A stretch of DNA of 64,000 nt, from positions 32,001 through 96,000 of the forward strand of contig CBDATR010000024.1 of NCBI GenBank assembly GCA_965200155.1, in the 5' to 3' direction. Positions within the stretch are counted from its first letter, which is position 1, and each line of letters starts with the position of its first letter. This document shows positions 10,956 to 21,948 of the stretch, piece after piece. The notes beneath the pieces were generated by a model. The model saw only the letters and a list, made by a program, of their open reading frames with translations. It had not been told where the DNA came from and searched no databases. Origin of the DNA: Nitrosopumilaceae archaeon (GTDB taxonomy: Archaea; Thermoproteota; Nitrososphaeria; Nitrososphaerales; Nitrosopumilaceae). The position numbers and the translations under genes were made by a program.

Positions 10956-11325
10956 GGCACCAAACATTCTGTTAATCCATTTATAGCTTAACAAATAGTC
11001 AAATGGGGACCATTTAGATCATTGTGACATACCCACACATGACACCGGCATGCCTCGGATTAGACCAGAACCATACGAATCCTGTTGTCGCCACGGAACA
11101 GTTGTTAGGTTAGAGGTAGCCACTCCAAGATGGTACCGAACAAATCCAGGGCGTCGCGCTCAGGTCCACCACCAAACCTGATGCTTTAAACATGAATTCT
11201 GGGATGGCGCAAACATGCCTGTTATTTGACAGTGTTTGGAAATCGGCATTTCAGTGCCACGCATAATGGAGTCGCCTCAAAGTTGGAGTAATGCCATTGG
11301 AGGACATAATGTCATCAGTGTAAAC

Positions 11326-12165
11326 CTAAGCCGACCGTGTCACTGCGCATGCAACTTCGATCCATCCACTTCTTTCAGTGGGAAAATGCTGATTGGTTCC
11401 TGTGCGCTTGAGTTCCATACTTTGCATGGTGTGCCGACTCTTCATGCTGCCACCCATTGAGGTAATTTGTGATACTACAGTGTCATAGCCAAACCGATAG
11501 ATATCCATGGGATTGGACACATTCTTCACTATAATATCAAAGACGTTAGTGGCTATGTGAGACCGGGTAGACTCTACCATGTTAGGCGGTACAATGTACT
11601 CCAAGATCACATAATTGCTAGCGCCGTTGCCCAATAATGATATTAGGCCCCATAGCGTGTCAGGCCCCACATAGTATGATATTCCTTCAAATACCATAAC
11701 GGAGGGCTCCTCCTTGGACCAACCGTGAGATATTAGTTGACGTGCAACCTCACCGGTTTTATGTAAATCCATATCTATGAATTCAATGCGATCCGCAACA
11801 TCAGGTACAGAAGCTTGCACAAGTTCCCGCTTCAGGCGCATTTGGTCTTGGTCTACTTCATACACACGGACATCATCTACTTGGGATACCAGCTCCAGTG
11901 ACAGTGAGTCAACCCCACTACCCAATATCACCACCTGCTTGGTGCCGGCATGGATATAACGTAGTATCTCATTTAGGATGCAGTCTTTCCTGTTCTTCAC
12001 CAACTCGCCTAGATGCGGCCACACAGTAGAGCATTTTTGCATGAGCCACGATCCTGCGTTGAGATCCAGCATGGATCTATACTCCAATGCATGCTTACTG
12101 GTATGGACAAGTCCCTCATCAAGCATCACAACAAATGCAGACGTGTCAGATATTTCATACGACAA
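11326..12165 (-). CDS. Class I SAM-dependent methyltransferase (LCM/O-methyltransferase-like)
   Basis: QVVILGSGVDS, YEVD, FEGISYY motifs. Confidence 0.8.
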   Translation of the reverse strand: MSYEISDTSAFVVMLDEGLVHTSKHALEYRSMLDLNAGSWLMQKCSTVWPHLGELVKNRKDCILNEILRYIHAGTKQVVILGSGVDSLSLELVSQVDDVRVYEVDQDQMRLKRELVQASVPDVADRIEFIDMDLHKTGEVARQLISHGWSKEEPSVMVFEGISYYVGPDTLWGLISLLGNGASNYVILEYIVPPNMVESTRSHIATNVFDIIVKNVSNPMDIYRFGYDTVVSQITSMGGSMKSRHTMQSMELKRTGTNQHFPTERSGWIEVACAVTRSA

Positions 12166-12343
12166 TAATACAAAGCATTAATAATTTTATTATATATTTT
12201 TGCAATTGATATTTTGTATGAGTTCACGTGTTTTGATCATTCACTAAGATATAGGTATGAGTTCACGTGTTTTGATCATTCACTAAGATATAGATTGGTA
12301 TGGCAATATTTTACTTAAATACCAAATTTGCAATAAGAATCTA

Positions 12344-13132
12344 ATGAGAAGACGCCGGTCCTATAAGGAATTGGAACTGGAAAATAAACTTCTTCAGGAT
12401 ACCCTTGCGTCTACCGAGAAAGATCTTGCACATTACAAGGAACGTGTGAGAGTATTGGAAGCATATGTGTCCCGCACCACAAAAGAAATACGAAATCTCA
12501 CACAAGATTTCCAAATTATTAGGAATTATGTAAATGAATTGAATGAGAAATTAGAAGAAAAACAGGGGAAAATTGCGGTACTCACAACGCGACTTAAATA
12601 TTATGAGAATGCTCACTCGCCACCATCCCTTCAATCCCTCCAGTACAAGAAGCGAAAACAGGGAGATAATAAGCAACAGAAAGAAGCCAGTACTAAATCA
12701 GCCAAAAAGGCTGGCGCTCAAAAGGGACACAAGGGGGTTTCCCGTTCCCACAACCCCGGCAGAGTAGTGCATCACACCTTTGAGTACACACCAATATGTG
12801 AGTGCGGCAATATGATGACAAAAATTGGTTGGAAACAACGACACATAACGGAATTAATACCAGCCAAAATAGAGGAGACCCTTCATGTGATAGAAATGGC
12901 TGCGTGTGGGTGCGGCAAAAAACAACTGGCCCCAGCAGCGGGCGTCCCAAAGAGTGGTAGTTTTGGGGTTCAATTATGCGGTGCCATCACTGCATTGCGT
13001 GCGGAAAAGATTCCAATAAAACGCATACCTGTAATTTCGAAGGATCTCTTCGGCCTGAATATATCTGTGGGTGCGGTAAACAACATAATTGCCAGTATGA
13101 GTTCACCTGTGTCTAAATTTACGCATAACTGA
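12344..13132 (+). pseudogene. IS66 transposase N-terminal part, truncated by a MITE
   Basis: ENAHSPPS, GAQKGHKG, CECG/CGCG; ends in MITE-encoded MSSPVSKFTHN. Confidence 0.88.
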
Positions 13133-13186
13133 TCGCGACAGTTAATGTGATTTGTACATAAGATTCTGGAAGACGTGAACTCATAC
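13095..13186 (-). mobile_element. 92-bp MITE, copy 4 (no TSD; at the deletion junction)
   Basis: TIRs present; flanks AATTGCCA / TACTAAAC differ. Confidence 0.93.
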
Positions 13187-13551
13187 TACTAAACTGCAAA
13201 AGAAGGTAAAAGGATTGAATAAGGCCATACCAGGCATGTTCGTATTCCTAGAATATGACAGTGTGGAGCCCACCAACAATCCAGCGGAGCAGTGGAACCG
13301 GTTCTGATACGCAGTGGTATTCCGCAAGATTAGTGGCCAGATAAAGGGTGGTGAAAGGGCCATGCGCCGCATGTCCATATGTGTTCAGACATGGAGGGCT
13401 CAGGGCCTTTCTGTAATGAACGAGGTTGCTGCCAGAATGTAATTATAATTAAAAAACTAGGATGTATTCTATCTTATTATATGATCAAAACACGTGAACT
13501 CATATGATATTTTAGGCTCAAAGATAATCTAACGGTACAAGATTAATATCC

Positions 13552-13926
13552 GTGACCAATACAGAAACTGCAATGGTCGAATTTGTACTTGATGAATACA
13601 AACTCATACACGTACGAGACATGATCAGGGTGGATCTGGACGATTTTATCATTATGATGACCGCCACAGAATCAAACATTGCATATTGGGCCGATGGTGT
13701 ACTCTTTGCATGTTTTGCAATGACCGAATCAGAAGCCTTGTCAAAAATGGAGATTGCCGGCGAGACATACATTGAAAAAATAATTATTGCTAAGAAAGAG
13801 ACGTTTACACGTACAATAAAATCTGCCACAAACTTTGAGATACCCGTAGTTAATGTTCAGGATAGCGCCCTATATACAGAACTCATAAACTGGATTAAAA
13901 AACAGCGAATATGGAACCAGGATTGA
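13552..13926 (+). CDS. Hypothetical protein
   Basis: 124-aa ORF overlapping the start of tag; protein-like composition. Confidence 0.7.
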   Translation: MTNTETAMVEFVLDEYKLIHVRDMIRVDLDDFIIMMTATESNIAYWADGVLFACFAMTESEALSKMEIAGETYIEKIIIAKKETFTRTIKSATNFEIPVVNVQDSALYTELINWIKKQRIWNQD

Positions 13927-14471
13927 AACGCAGATGCTCGTGGGCCATAGGCGACGAAATGATCAAATACCACGACACCGAGTGGGGAAAACCGGAACAC
14001 AATGATAATGCACTATATGAGTTTTTGATACTGGAGGGTGCACAGGCAGGACTATCTTGGAGTACCATACTAAAGAAAAGAGAAGGATACAGAAAAGCTT
14101 TTGCAAATTTTGATCCGCACATGGTTGCCACATATACTAACCGCAATGTAGAGACATTACTCCAAAATCCCACCATAGTTAGAAATCGTAGAAAAATAGA
14201 GTCGGCCATTAATAATGCAGTTCAATTTTTACACATACAGAAGGAATATGGGAGCTTTGACAAATTTGTCTGGGAAGTGGTAGGGGAGCGTATTAAGAAC
14301 TCATTTGATGACATGTGTCTTCCTGCATTTACACCAAAATCAAAGCATCTAAGCCAGGTATTAAAGAAACATGGATTTACGTTCGTGGGACCAGTCATTT
14401 GTTATTCATATATGCAGGCAGTAGGCATGGTTAATGATCATGCTGTCTCGTGTGACCTTCACAACACATAA
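13911..14471 (+). CDS. tag: DNA-3-methyladenine glycosylase I
   Basis: RCSWA, YHDTEWG, LEGAQAGLSW, IVRNRRKI, GMVNDH motifs. Confidence 0.95.
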   Translation: MEPGLKRRCSWAIGDEMIKYHDTEWGKPEHNDNALYEFLILEGAQAGLSWSTILKKREGYRKAFANFDPHMVATYTNRNVETLLQNPTIVRNRRKIESAINNAVQFLHIQKEYGSFDKFVWEVVGERIKNSFDDMCLPAFTPKSKHLSQVLKKHGFTFVGPVICYSYMQAVGMVNDHAVSCDLHNT

Positions 14472-14674
14472 CTGGCACGAGTTTACATATGTCTAGATTT
14501 ACAGATCATAAATAATTAGTACAAAATAAGCACATAATTAAGAAGTAAATTTATGCCTCAATTATGTTATGGATTACAAAAATTGCTAGTATTTTAGAAA
14601 ATATCTTAGTCGTAAATAACTTAGTTGTAACAAAAACAGCGAGAGTTTTTATTATCAATGCAATATTGTAATTT

Positions 14675-15175
14675 ATGAATATATCAAAGAAGATGTCACA
14701 GACACTCAACGAACAGGTCTTACTGGAGATCGAGGCGTCCAACAAATATCTAGCTATGGCATGCTGGTGTGAAGTGAATGGTTACGAGGGTGGTGCATCC
14801 TATTTCTACGCCCAATCCGACGAAGAAAGAATGCACCTAATAAAGTTGGTAAAATTCCTTAACAATACAAATGCGCCAGCAGTAATTCCAGCATCATCCA
14901 AACCTAGTGTCGAATTTGGCGGACTTGAAGATGTCTTGAAAGCAGCACTGGCAGGAGAGCAGAAAGTGACCAAGGCAGTGACCAAGGCAGTGGAACTGGC
15001 CAAAGAAAAAACAGAGATTGCCGTAATGGATACATTACTATGGTTTGCCAATGAACAGGTTGAGGAAGAGACAAAATTCGAGGCGCTACTACAAAAATTC
15101 GATACCATAGGCAGGGATCCTATAGCGATAAACGAGATTGATAAAATACTAGCATCCCAAGCTGCACAAGAATAA
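14675..15175 (+). CDS. ftn: Non-heme ferritin
   Basis: LNEQVLLE, YLAMA, QSDEERMH, WFANEQVEEE ferroxidase residues. Confidence 0.92.
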   Translation: MNISKKMSQTLNEQVLLEIEASNKYLAMACWCEVNGYEGGASYFYAQSDEERMHLIKLVKFLNNTNAPAVIPASSKPSVEFGGLEDVLKAALAGEQKVTKAVTKAVELAKEKTEIAVMDTLLWFANEQVEEETKFEALLQKFDTIGRDPIAINEIDKILASQAAQE

Positions 15176-15290
15176 TTTTTTTATTTCTAGTATTATATGC
15201 ATAGTTTAACAGTATGCATATATTTATCTACAAGGTCATGATTACGCGAGTATATGGCATTATTACCGCGTAACAACAGCAACTATTATG

Positions 15291-15382
15291 GTATGAGTTC
15301 ACGTCTTCCGGAATCTTATGCACAAATCACATTAACTGTCGCGATCAGTTATACGTAGATTTAGACACAGGTGAACTCATAC
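15291..15382 (+). mobile_element. 92-bp MITE, copy 5 (no TSD)
   Basis: TIRs; flanks CTATTATG / GTTTTATT differ. Confidence 0.93.
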
Positions 15383-15566
15383 GTTTTATTTTGTCCTTGA
15401 GTTTGGGATCAATGTTGTTCCCGCCCATGTGGGACACAGATAAATCGGCCAGTTCTTCCCTGACTAATGCAAGGGATTCACGAAGCTGCTGGTTTTCCTG
15501 CCTCAATTCACCATAGGTCAGGCGTCTGACCATCATATGCCACTTACAAATTTGGTATTTAAGCAC
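15383..15566 (-). pseudogene. N-terminal remnant of a second, divergent IS66-like transposase
   Basis: MVRRLTYGELRQENQQLRESLA parallels MRRRRSYKELELENKLLQDTLA; shares the upstream CTTAAATACCAAATTTG. Confidence 0.7.
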
Positions 15567-15936
15567 TCGGTCAATATTTAATTAAAACATATCAACTTTC
15601 ACAATCTTCCGGAGAGATCGACCTATTTGAATTGCCTCCCACATTTAGCTGCGCACAATACCATATTGATATGCCAAATTAACCACCCCCTTGGGGGCGC
15701 GTAAATAAGCCTGTGATAATTGTGATATTTTGATCAAATTAGTCGCCCAAAGACTTATGGTGACCGCTATAATACAGATGGCCGGGGTCTCGGATCATGG
15801 CATGCTGTATTGAACCGGACCGGTGCCAAGACGGTCTGAATATTGGAACTACCAACTCCTTTTGATACATCCAACTAAATGGTGTATGAAAAATTCTTTC
15901 CGCAGGATTAAAGATGGGGCTGTGGAAAGACGTAAC

Positions 15937-16602
15937 GTGCAATACTGGATATTTCCCATCCGATCCAGATCCTCGGTACTGCTGACTACGCTGTTTGTGG
16001 TTCTGACTTTGGTGGTAATGTCAGGCGCAACCCAGCAGTTCGACCAGGGTGCGGTGACTGCGGCACAAGATGCCGGTGGCAATCCACAGCTGGACCTGGT
16101 CATACAGCTGATCACCGAATCAGGAGATGTTTGGTACATGCTGGGTCTTGGCATAATTATGATATTACTTCGACGTACACGCCGTATAGGGATCACGCTA
16201 ATGATATTCTTGGTTGTGTCTACCATACTGGCGGGATACATAAAGTGCGGTACAGATAGGGAGCGACCTCAGGAACACTACGACCGGATACAGATTCCTG
16301 TGGAGATCAGTAGAGACACATTCGCGCTCTTCTGCCAGGGCGGCTTTGATGCCTCGTATCCTTCTGGTCACGCACTTAGAACAACAGCAATTGCCATACT
16401 ATTGGCATATGCGCTATCGGAACGATATCCACGCGGCGCATATCTTCTGTTCATATATCCTGCGCTGGTCTCTGCTAGCAGAGTGATGGTATTACAGCAC
16501 TATCCTACTGATGTAATAGGCGGTATAATACTGGGTGTACTACTAACCGGAATACTGGCACAACAAACTAAACTGTATCGTATGTTTGAGTCAAAGTCCT
16601 AG
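15937..16602 (+). CDS. PAP2-family membrane phosphatase
   Basis: K..RERP, SYPSGHA, SRVMVLQHYPTDV motifs; start inferred. Confidence 0.9.
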   Translation: MQYWIFPIRSRSSVLLTTLFVVLTLVVMSGATQQFDQGAVTAAQDAGGNPQLDLVIQLITESGDVWYMLGLGIIMILLRRTRRIGITLMIFLVVSTILAGYIKCGTDRERPQEHYDRIQIPVEISRDTFALFCQGGFDASYPSGHALRTTAIAILLAYALSERYPRGAYLLFIYPALVSASRVMVLQHYPTDVIGGIILGVLLTGILAQQTKLYRMFESKS

Positions 16603-16902
16603 TTTATTGGCCATTGCAGAATCAACCATGACTATTGCATAGTGTTTCTCGTCGTAATGATATGTCCAGTATTTGACATCCCGTGACTCGCCTTTTTTGC
16701 GTAAGCCGTATGAGACCCCAGTGGTGACTGTATATCCTATACGCTGGGCTAGCCTCTTCTCTTTTGGCATGAGTATACGAAAGCCCTTCGACTTGCCCCT
16801 AAACCCCACAGATACCATCTCCGATACCGCATTTTCTGCACTCTTTACATCCTCTATCGTGAACGTCTTGAATATGGGGATGTCTCTGGGATGTGTGGAC
16901 AT
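16591..16902 (-). CDS. Hypothetical protein
   Basis: 103-aa ORF with ATG start. Confidence 0.7.
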   Translation of the reverse strand: MSTHPRDIPIFKTFTIEDVKSAENAVSEMVSVGFRGKSKGFRILMPKEKRLAQRIGYTVTTGVSYGLRKKGESRDVKYWTYHYDEKHYAIVMVDSAMANKLGL

Positions 16903-16948
16903 ATTGCCAAATCATATACCAAGTATAAAAGGAAATATCAAGTATGAC

Positions 16949-17040
16949 GTATGAGTTCACGTCTTCCGGAATCTTGTGCACAAATCACATTAACTGTCGC
17001 GATCAGTTGTGCGTAAATTTAGACACAGATGAACTCATAC
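16949..17040 (+). mobile_element. 92-bp MITE, copy 6
   Basis: TIRs; TSD AGTATGAC. Confidence 0.95.
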
Positions 17041-17289
17041 AGTATGACCGTGCAATTTTACTCACTTTCTGGTTCGATGTCACGCTAATATGGTAATCCT
17101 TGTGCGCTAGGGCGTTTGTGCCCGAATATATACAAATTTGTATACGGTTTAGTGACATGTAAACGGGTACTATATTATAGGTGTATCAATGATGACAGCA
17201 TGTCTCATCAGTCATGGTGGGCTATTCTGCTTGGGTGTAGCCTGTATGCAAATAAAAACTAATTTTTAGCGTTACAGTAAACGTATTAC

Positions 17290-19305
17290 ATGCGATGGTT
17301 ATTTGGAGTGCTGGTAATTCCTCTCTTGGTACTGGCATTTTATGTACCAACAGATAAGGCTCATACGTACTTGGACAGGAGTGTGCCTTTTGTTGGTGCG
17401 GGCATTGAGAATACGGACTTGGATGGCGCCGGTATAGTAGTGGCGGTGATTGATACCGGTATAGACTATTCTCATTTGGATCTGTACGGATTTGGTCCCG
17501 GCAACAAGGTAATTGGCGGCTACAATTTCATAAACCCACTGACACCGCCCATCGATTACAATGGACATGGAACCCAGGTGGCTGGAATAATAGCCGCTGA
17601 TGGCGGTATCCAAGGGGTGGCACCGGCTGTCAGTCTCCTGGCATACAAGGTGTCTGAAGATGGAGAGGGTGTAAGATCCGAGTTGATTGTGGGGGCTATA
17701 GAGATGGCGGTACAAGATGGGGCGGATATAATTAACATAAGCTTGGGCATAAACAAAACCAATACTTCCATCGATGCGGCAGTAAACAGAGCAGTATCCC
17801 AGGGTGTGTTGGTAATTGCCGCTGCAGGTAATGATGGCCCCTCGCCCAGTACCATCGGTAGCCCGGGACACAATCCCATGGCGCTAACAGTTGGCGCCAC
17901 ATATAACAATCTGACATCCAGCCGAATAGCCGTTCTAGATGTGGACGGTGTCCCTTACACGGTCATGCCCATGCTTGATTCCAGTACGCCCAGGGACAGT
18001 ATAGTGGGACCTATTGTCTTTGGGGGATATGGCAGTGAGTCAGACTTGGCTGATCTGGATGCCGTCGGTACCATATTGTTGGTGGAGCGCGGCAGTATCA
18101 TGCCTGATGAACTGCTTTACTTTTCAATAAAAGAGTCCAATGCCGCAGATGCCGGGGCAATGGCTATGATAGTGTATAATAGCGAGGCGGGCATGTTCTT
18201 TGGGGAACTTGTACACAATATGAATAGGCCAGATTATGAACCGCGCATACCCACGGTCTCCATGAGTCGCGCTGATGGTCTGGAGATAAAAGATTCCATA
18301 CAGCCAGACTCCACGGCACGATTGCGATTCTTCCACAGCCCTGATTATCCTGTGCAGTTCAGTTCCAGAGGTCCGGTCTCCCCTTTTTACATTAAGCCGG
18401 ATATAATGGCTCCTGGAGTGTACATAAACACTACATCAACAAATGGATACAGTGTGGTTAGTGGTACCAGCTATGCGGCGCCTCATGTTAGCGGGGCAGC
18501 GGCGCTACTTTTACAGAGATATCCTGACTTGACACCCGAGGATATACGTTCCTTGCTGGCAACTACCGCCGTTGATGTTATTGACATGTCCGGAGATACT
18601 GCAAGTATAGATGATGCCGGATTGGGCAGAATGGATATGAGGGCAGCCCTGTCATCTGGATTGCTAATACGCCCGCATGTCATTATAGATACAGTTACGC
18701 CGAACAGCGACCCTGTTGCTGTCACTTTGGAGTTAGGGCATGCAGAAGAGCGCGGTCCTGTACAAATCGATTATGATATTCCCGGTGTAGATATACGGCA
18801 CCAGGTAGTGGATGATCTCCTCTTACTAGTTATAAATGCACCCGAAGAGGTGGATGGCCGACTGACCATATCGCATGAGGGTGTAGACCACAGCGTCCCG
18901 GTTATAATACGTCAAACAGACGGCACCATATCCACGACACAGGAGAACGGCAGGCTCTCTTTCCAGATAGATTATCCTGAGGATTGGAGTTTTGCCAAGA
19001 TAACTGCCACCGGCAGAAACGGCCAAACATATGTGACATCGGCCATACCCAGCGACACGTCCTATGTGGACATATATCTTAACGACCTGTACTATATACA
19101 GGCTGATATTGTATCTGGACTGGAGAGCTCCGAGGTCTACGATACGGTGCTTGTGAATACAGTATCTGATGATGCGGCACCCCCATCATACAACATACCT
19201 TGGAGGCCCATTGCAGTAGTGGGCTCAGTCGTATCTGTACTTATGATTGCTGGTGTAGTTATGCATCTTGCGTATAGGGGGGCCCGCGGCAGCAATCTCC
19301 GGTGA
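17290..19305 (+). CDS. S8 subtilisin-like serine protease with PA domain, membrane anchored
   Basis: Catalytic triad motifs IDTG, HGTQVAG, GTSYAAPHV; signal peptide; C-terminal TM. Confidence 0.93.
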   Translation: MRWLFGVLVIPLLVLAFYVPTDKAHTYLDRSVPFVGAGIENTDLDGAGIVVAVIDTGIDYSHLDLYGFGPGNKVIGGYNFINPLTPPIDYNGHGTQVAGIIAADGGIQGVAPAVSLLAYKVSEDGEGVRSELIVGAIEMAVQDGADIINISLGINKTNTSIDAAVNRAVSQGVLVIAAAGNDGPSPSTIGSPGHNPMALTVGATYNNLTSSRIAVLDVDGVPYTVMPMLDSSTPRDSIVGPIVFGGYGSESDLADLDAVGTILLVERGSIMPDELLYFSIKESNAADAGAMAMIVYNSEAGMFFGELVHNMNRPDYEPRIPTVSMSRADGLEIKDSIQPDSTARLRFFHSPDYPVQFSSRGPVSPFYIKPDIMAPGVYINTTSTNGYSVVSGTSYAAPHVSGAAALLLQRYPDLTPEDIRSLLATTAVDVIDMSGDTASIDDAGLGRMDMRAALSSGLLIRPHVIIDTVTPNSDPVAVTLELGHAEERGPVQIDYDIPGVDIRHQVVDDLLLLVINAPEEVDGRLTISHEGVDHSVPVIIRQTDGTISTTQENGRLSFQIDYPEDWSFAKITATGRNGQTYVTSAIPSDTSYVDIYLNDLYYIQADIVSGLESSEVYDTVLVNTVSDDAAPPSYNIPWRPIAVVGSVVSVLMIAGVVMHLAYRGARGSNLR

Positions 19306-20898
19306 CGCATCCTTGAACTTTGCAAAATTATTTACAAATTTTTCTGCAAGTCGCTTGGCCTGTTTCTCGTAATCTTGTGTATTTTTCCAAGTATTTTTGG
19401 GATCCAATATGTCATCTGGCACTCCCGGACAGCTCAACGGAACATCTAGGTTAAATATGGAATCTTTGCGGTACTGGACTTTTGTAAGTTCTCCACTAAG
19501 CGCCGCCGCTACCATTGCTCGACTGTATGCTATCTTCACCCTCTCACCGGTTCCGTAGGGCCCGCCGGTCCATCCCGTGTTTATGAGGTATACGTCAGTC
19601 TTGTGCTTTGTTATCTTTTCTGCCAGCATCTCTGCATACATCTGCGGTTTCCTTGGCATGAATGGAGCGCCAAAACATTCCGAAAAGACGGACTTGGGTT
19701 TCTTTATGTTTCTCTCTGTTCCGGCCAGCTTGCTTGTGTATCCTGACATAAAGTGGTACATGGCCCCCTCTCTGGTCAATTTGGATATGGGCGGTAGCAC
19801 ACCCTTGGCATCGGCGGTAAGAAATATCACCACACTGGGATGGACACCCATACTGGGCACTACCGCTCCGGGAATGTGATCTATTGGATACGCCACCCGT
19901 GAATTCTCAGTCAGTGATCTGTCGCTGTAATCGGGTCTCCCGTCCTCGTCTAGTACCACATTCTCCAGTAGAGCTCCATCGCGTATTGCGTTCCAGATCT
20001 GCGGTTCATTCTTGTGGGTCAGGTCAATACACTTTGCATAACAGCCACCTTCGAAATTAAATACATCCTTATCAGACCACCCGTGTTCGTCATCTCCTAT
20101 GAGCATGCGATTAATGTCTGCTGAGAGCGTAGTCTTGCCTGTACCGGACAGTCCGAAGAATAATGCCACGTGATCATCACTATCCGTGTTGGCGGAGCAA
20201 TGCATGGGAAATATTCCTCTCTGTGGTAGCAGAAAGTTCATAACTGAAAATACGGATTTTTTTATCTCCCCTGCATAGTCGGTACCGCCAATCAGTACAA
20301 CCTTGCGACTCATGTCCACTAAAATGAAAGCGTTGGTTCTAGTTCCGTCTATGTCTGGTATAGCCTCATAATCCACAAGGCAGAGAACGGTAAATTCGGG
20401 GGAATGGTTTTCCAGATCTTGCGTGGTGGGCCGTATGAAGAGTCTACTGGCAAACAGGTTCTGCCATGCATGATCATTTATCACGCGAATTGGGATGCGG
20501 CTACTAGGATCAGCTCCTACAAATCCATCAAACACATACAAACTCTTTCCCTCGACAGATTTTTCCATCTTTTCAAAAAGTGCGTCAAATTTGTCCGCAG
20601 GGAATTTATGGTTTATAGAGTTCCAGTTTACTGCATCGCGAGTTAGATCATCGTACACGATAAATCTGTCATCCGGTGACCTTCCTGTATATTCTGTCCG
20701 CACCGCGATGGCACCGGTGGTTGTGCGAACACCATCTCCTGCCTGTATTGCATGCTCTGCCAGTTCCTTTGGACTCAGGTTCCTGAACAGCCTTGCTGCC
20801 CGTATCCCAAACTCTCTCATCTGGTTCAGTAAATTCGAATTTTCTTGCTCTTCACTCATATCCATATCTACCTCGTTTAATGATTCGAGTCCATTCAC
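19225..20898 (-). CDS. pckA: Phosphoenolpyruvate carboxykinase (ATP)
   Basis: TGRSP, MHCSAN, GLSGTGKTTLS, LIGDDEHGW, FEGGCYAK motifs. Confidence 0.97.
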   Translation of the reverse strand: MNGLESLNEVDMDMSEEQENSNLLNQMREFGIRAARLFRNLSPKELAEHAIQAGDGVRTTTGAIAVRTEYTGRSPDDRFIVYDDLTRDAVNWNSINHKFPADKFDALFEKMEKSVEGKSLYVFDGFVGADPSSRIPIRVINDHAWQNLFASRLFIRPTTQDLENHSPEFTVLCLVDYEAIPDIDGTRTNAFILVDMSRKVVLIGGTDYAGEIKKSVFSVMNFLLPQRGIFPMHCSANTDSDDHVALFFGLSGTGKTTLSADINRMLIGDDEHGWSDKDVFNFEGGCYAKCIDLTHKNEPQIWNAIRDGALLENVVLDEDGRPDYSDRSLTENSRVAYPIDHIPGAVVPSMGVHPSVVIFLTADAKGVLPPISKLTREGAMYHFMSGYTSKLAGTERNIKKPKSVFSECFGAPFMPRKPQMYAEMLAEKITKHKTDVYLINTGWTGGPYGTGERVKIAYSRAMVAAALSGELTKVQYRKDSIFNLDVPLSCPGVPDDILDPKNTWKNTQDYEKQAKRLAEKFVNNFAKFKDASPEIAAAGPPIRKMHNYTSNHKYRYD

Positions 20899-21184
20899 AA
20901 TGCCTTATTATCTCTTTGCGGTCAGTCAATGTATTCTGTAATGGGCATTTATTACACAGATAACCATTTTTTCGCAAAGTCTTCGTGACACATACTAGGC
21001 GTATGGACCAGTCTGTGCTCACATTTGTTCATAACGGATTGTAACAGCACACTTGATGGACACATGATCACATGCCGACTACTATTGCAGGTTGGCGATG
21101 GATTACCCTCATACCTGCAGTTATTGATTTTATGTGATTGTACCTCTCCGGATTATTCCCGTCCTTTGCCTGCATGGTATCTTC

Positions 21185-21276
21185 GTATGAGTTCACCTGC
21201 GTCTAAATTTACGCATAACTAATCGCGACAGTTAATGTGATTTGTGCACAATATTCCGGAAGACGTGAACTCATAC
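21185..21276 (-). mobile_element. 92-bp MITE, copy 7
   Basis: TIRs; TSD GTATCTTC. Confidence 0.95.
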
Positions 21277-21642
21277 GTATCTTCTGTCATCCAGATTTAC
21301 CCTACTCCTCTAAACTGAACTTGGGTGCATACGCGAGTTTGTTTATACGCGCTTTTCTGCCGACTTAAAATTGGCATGAATTCTCCTGTGTTTAAATTTG
21401 CGCGCACCTGTTCTCGGCGATTGGTACAATTTTGACATAAAATTCAGGTACGTCAGATGGTCGCAACCTGCATGTCATGGGACGACAACATTGCTGTTCA
21501 AACGCGGTATTGTAAAATCCGTGAACCTGTACGTGTCTGCCATTATATTCTGATATCAAATTTAAATGGTAATTCATGCATCATAAAAATCGGTTAATTC
21601 ATATCATTTGTACGTACATGATGTTTGACATGCTCATAATGC

Positions 21643-21734
21643 GTATGAGTTCACGTCTTCCGGAATATTGTGCACAAATCACATTAACTGTCGCGATCAG
21701 TTATGCGTAAATTTAGACACAGGTGAACTCATAC
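21643..21734 (+). mobile_element. 92-bp MITE, copy 8
   Basis: TIRs; TSD CATAATGC. Confidence 0.95.
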
Positions 21735-21948
21735 CATAATGCTTCTGTTAACCAAGAATTTTTCATACTTATTTATATAGAATACGGTAAAATCCAAAAA
21801 AAAATCTACCATAACCGAAAAATGCGTGAAATTAAACCCAGTGCATACATGAATCACCTCTGATACATATTATCAGAAGTTGGACGCTCCATTATCTGGC
21901 CACTATGTGATAGATTTAACTTAAATTGGTTATATGTGGTTCTAACAC

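Larger units (their letters stand above)
12216..13505 (+). mobile_element. IS66-family single-ORF (ISBst12-like) element, internally deleted, with duplicated left end
   Basis: ~25-bp TIRs GTATGAGTTCACGTGTTTTGATCAT; 8-bp TSD GATATTTT; N-terminal coiled coil plus zinc ribbon; C-terminal VEPTNNPAEQ motif. Confidence 0.92.
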
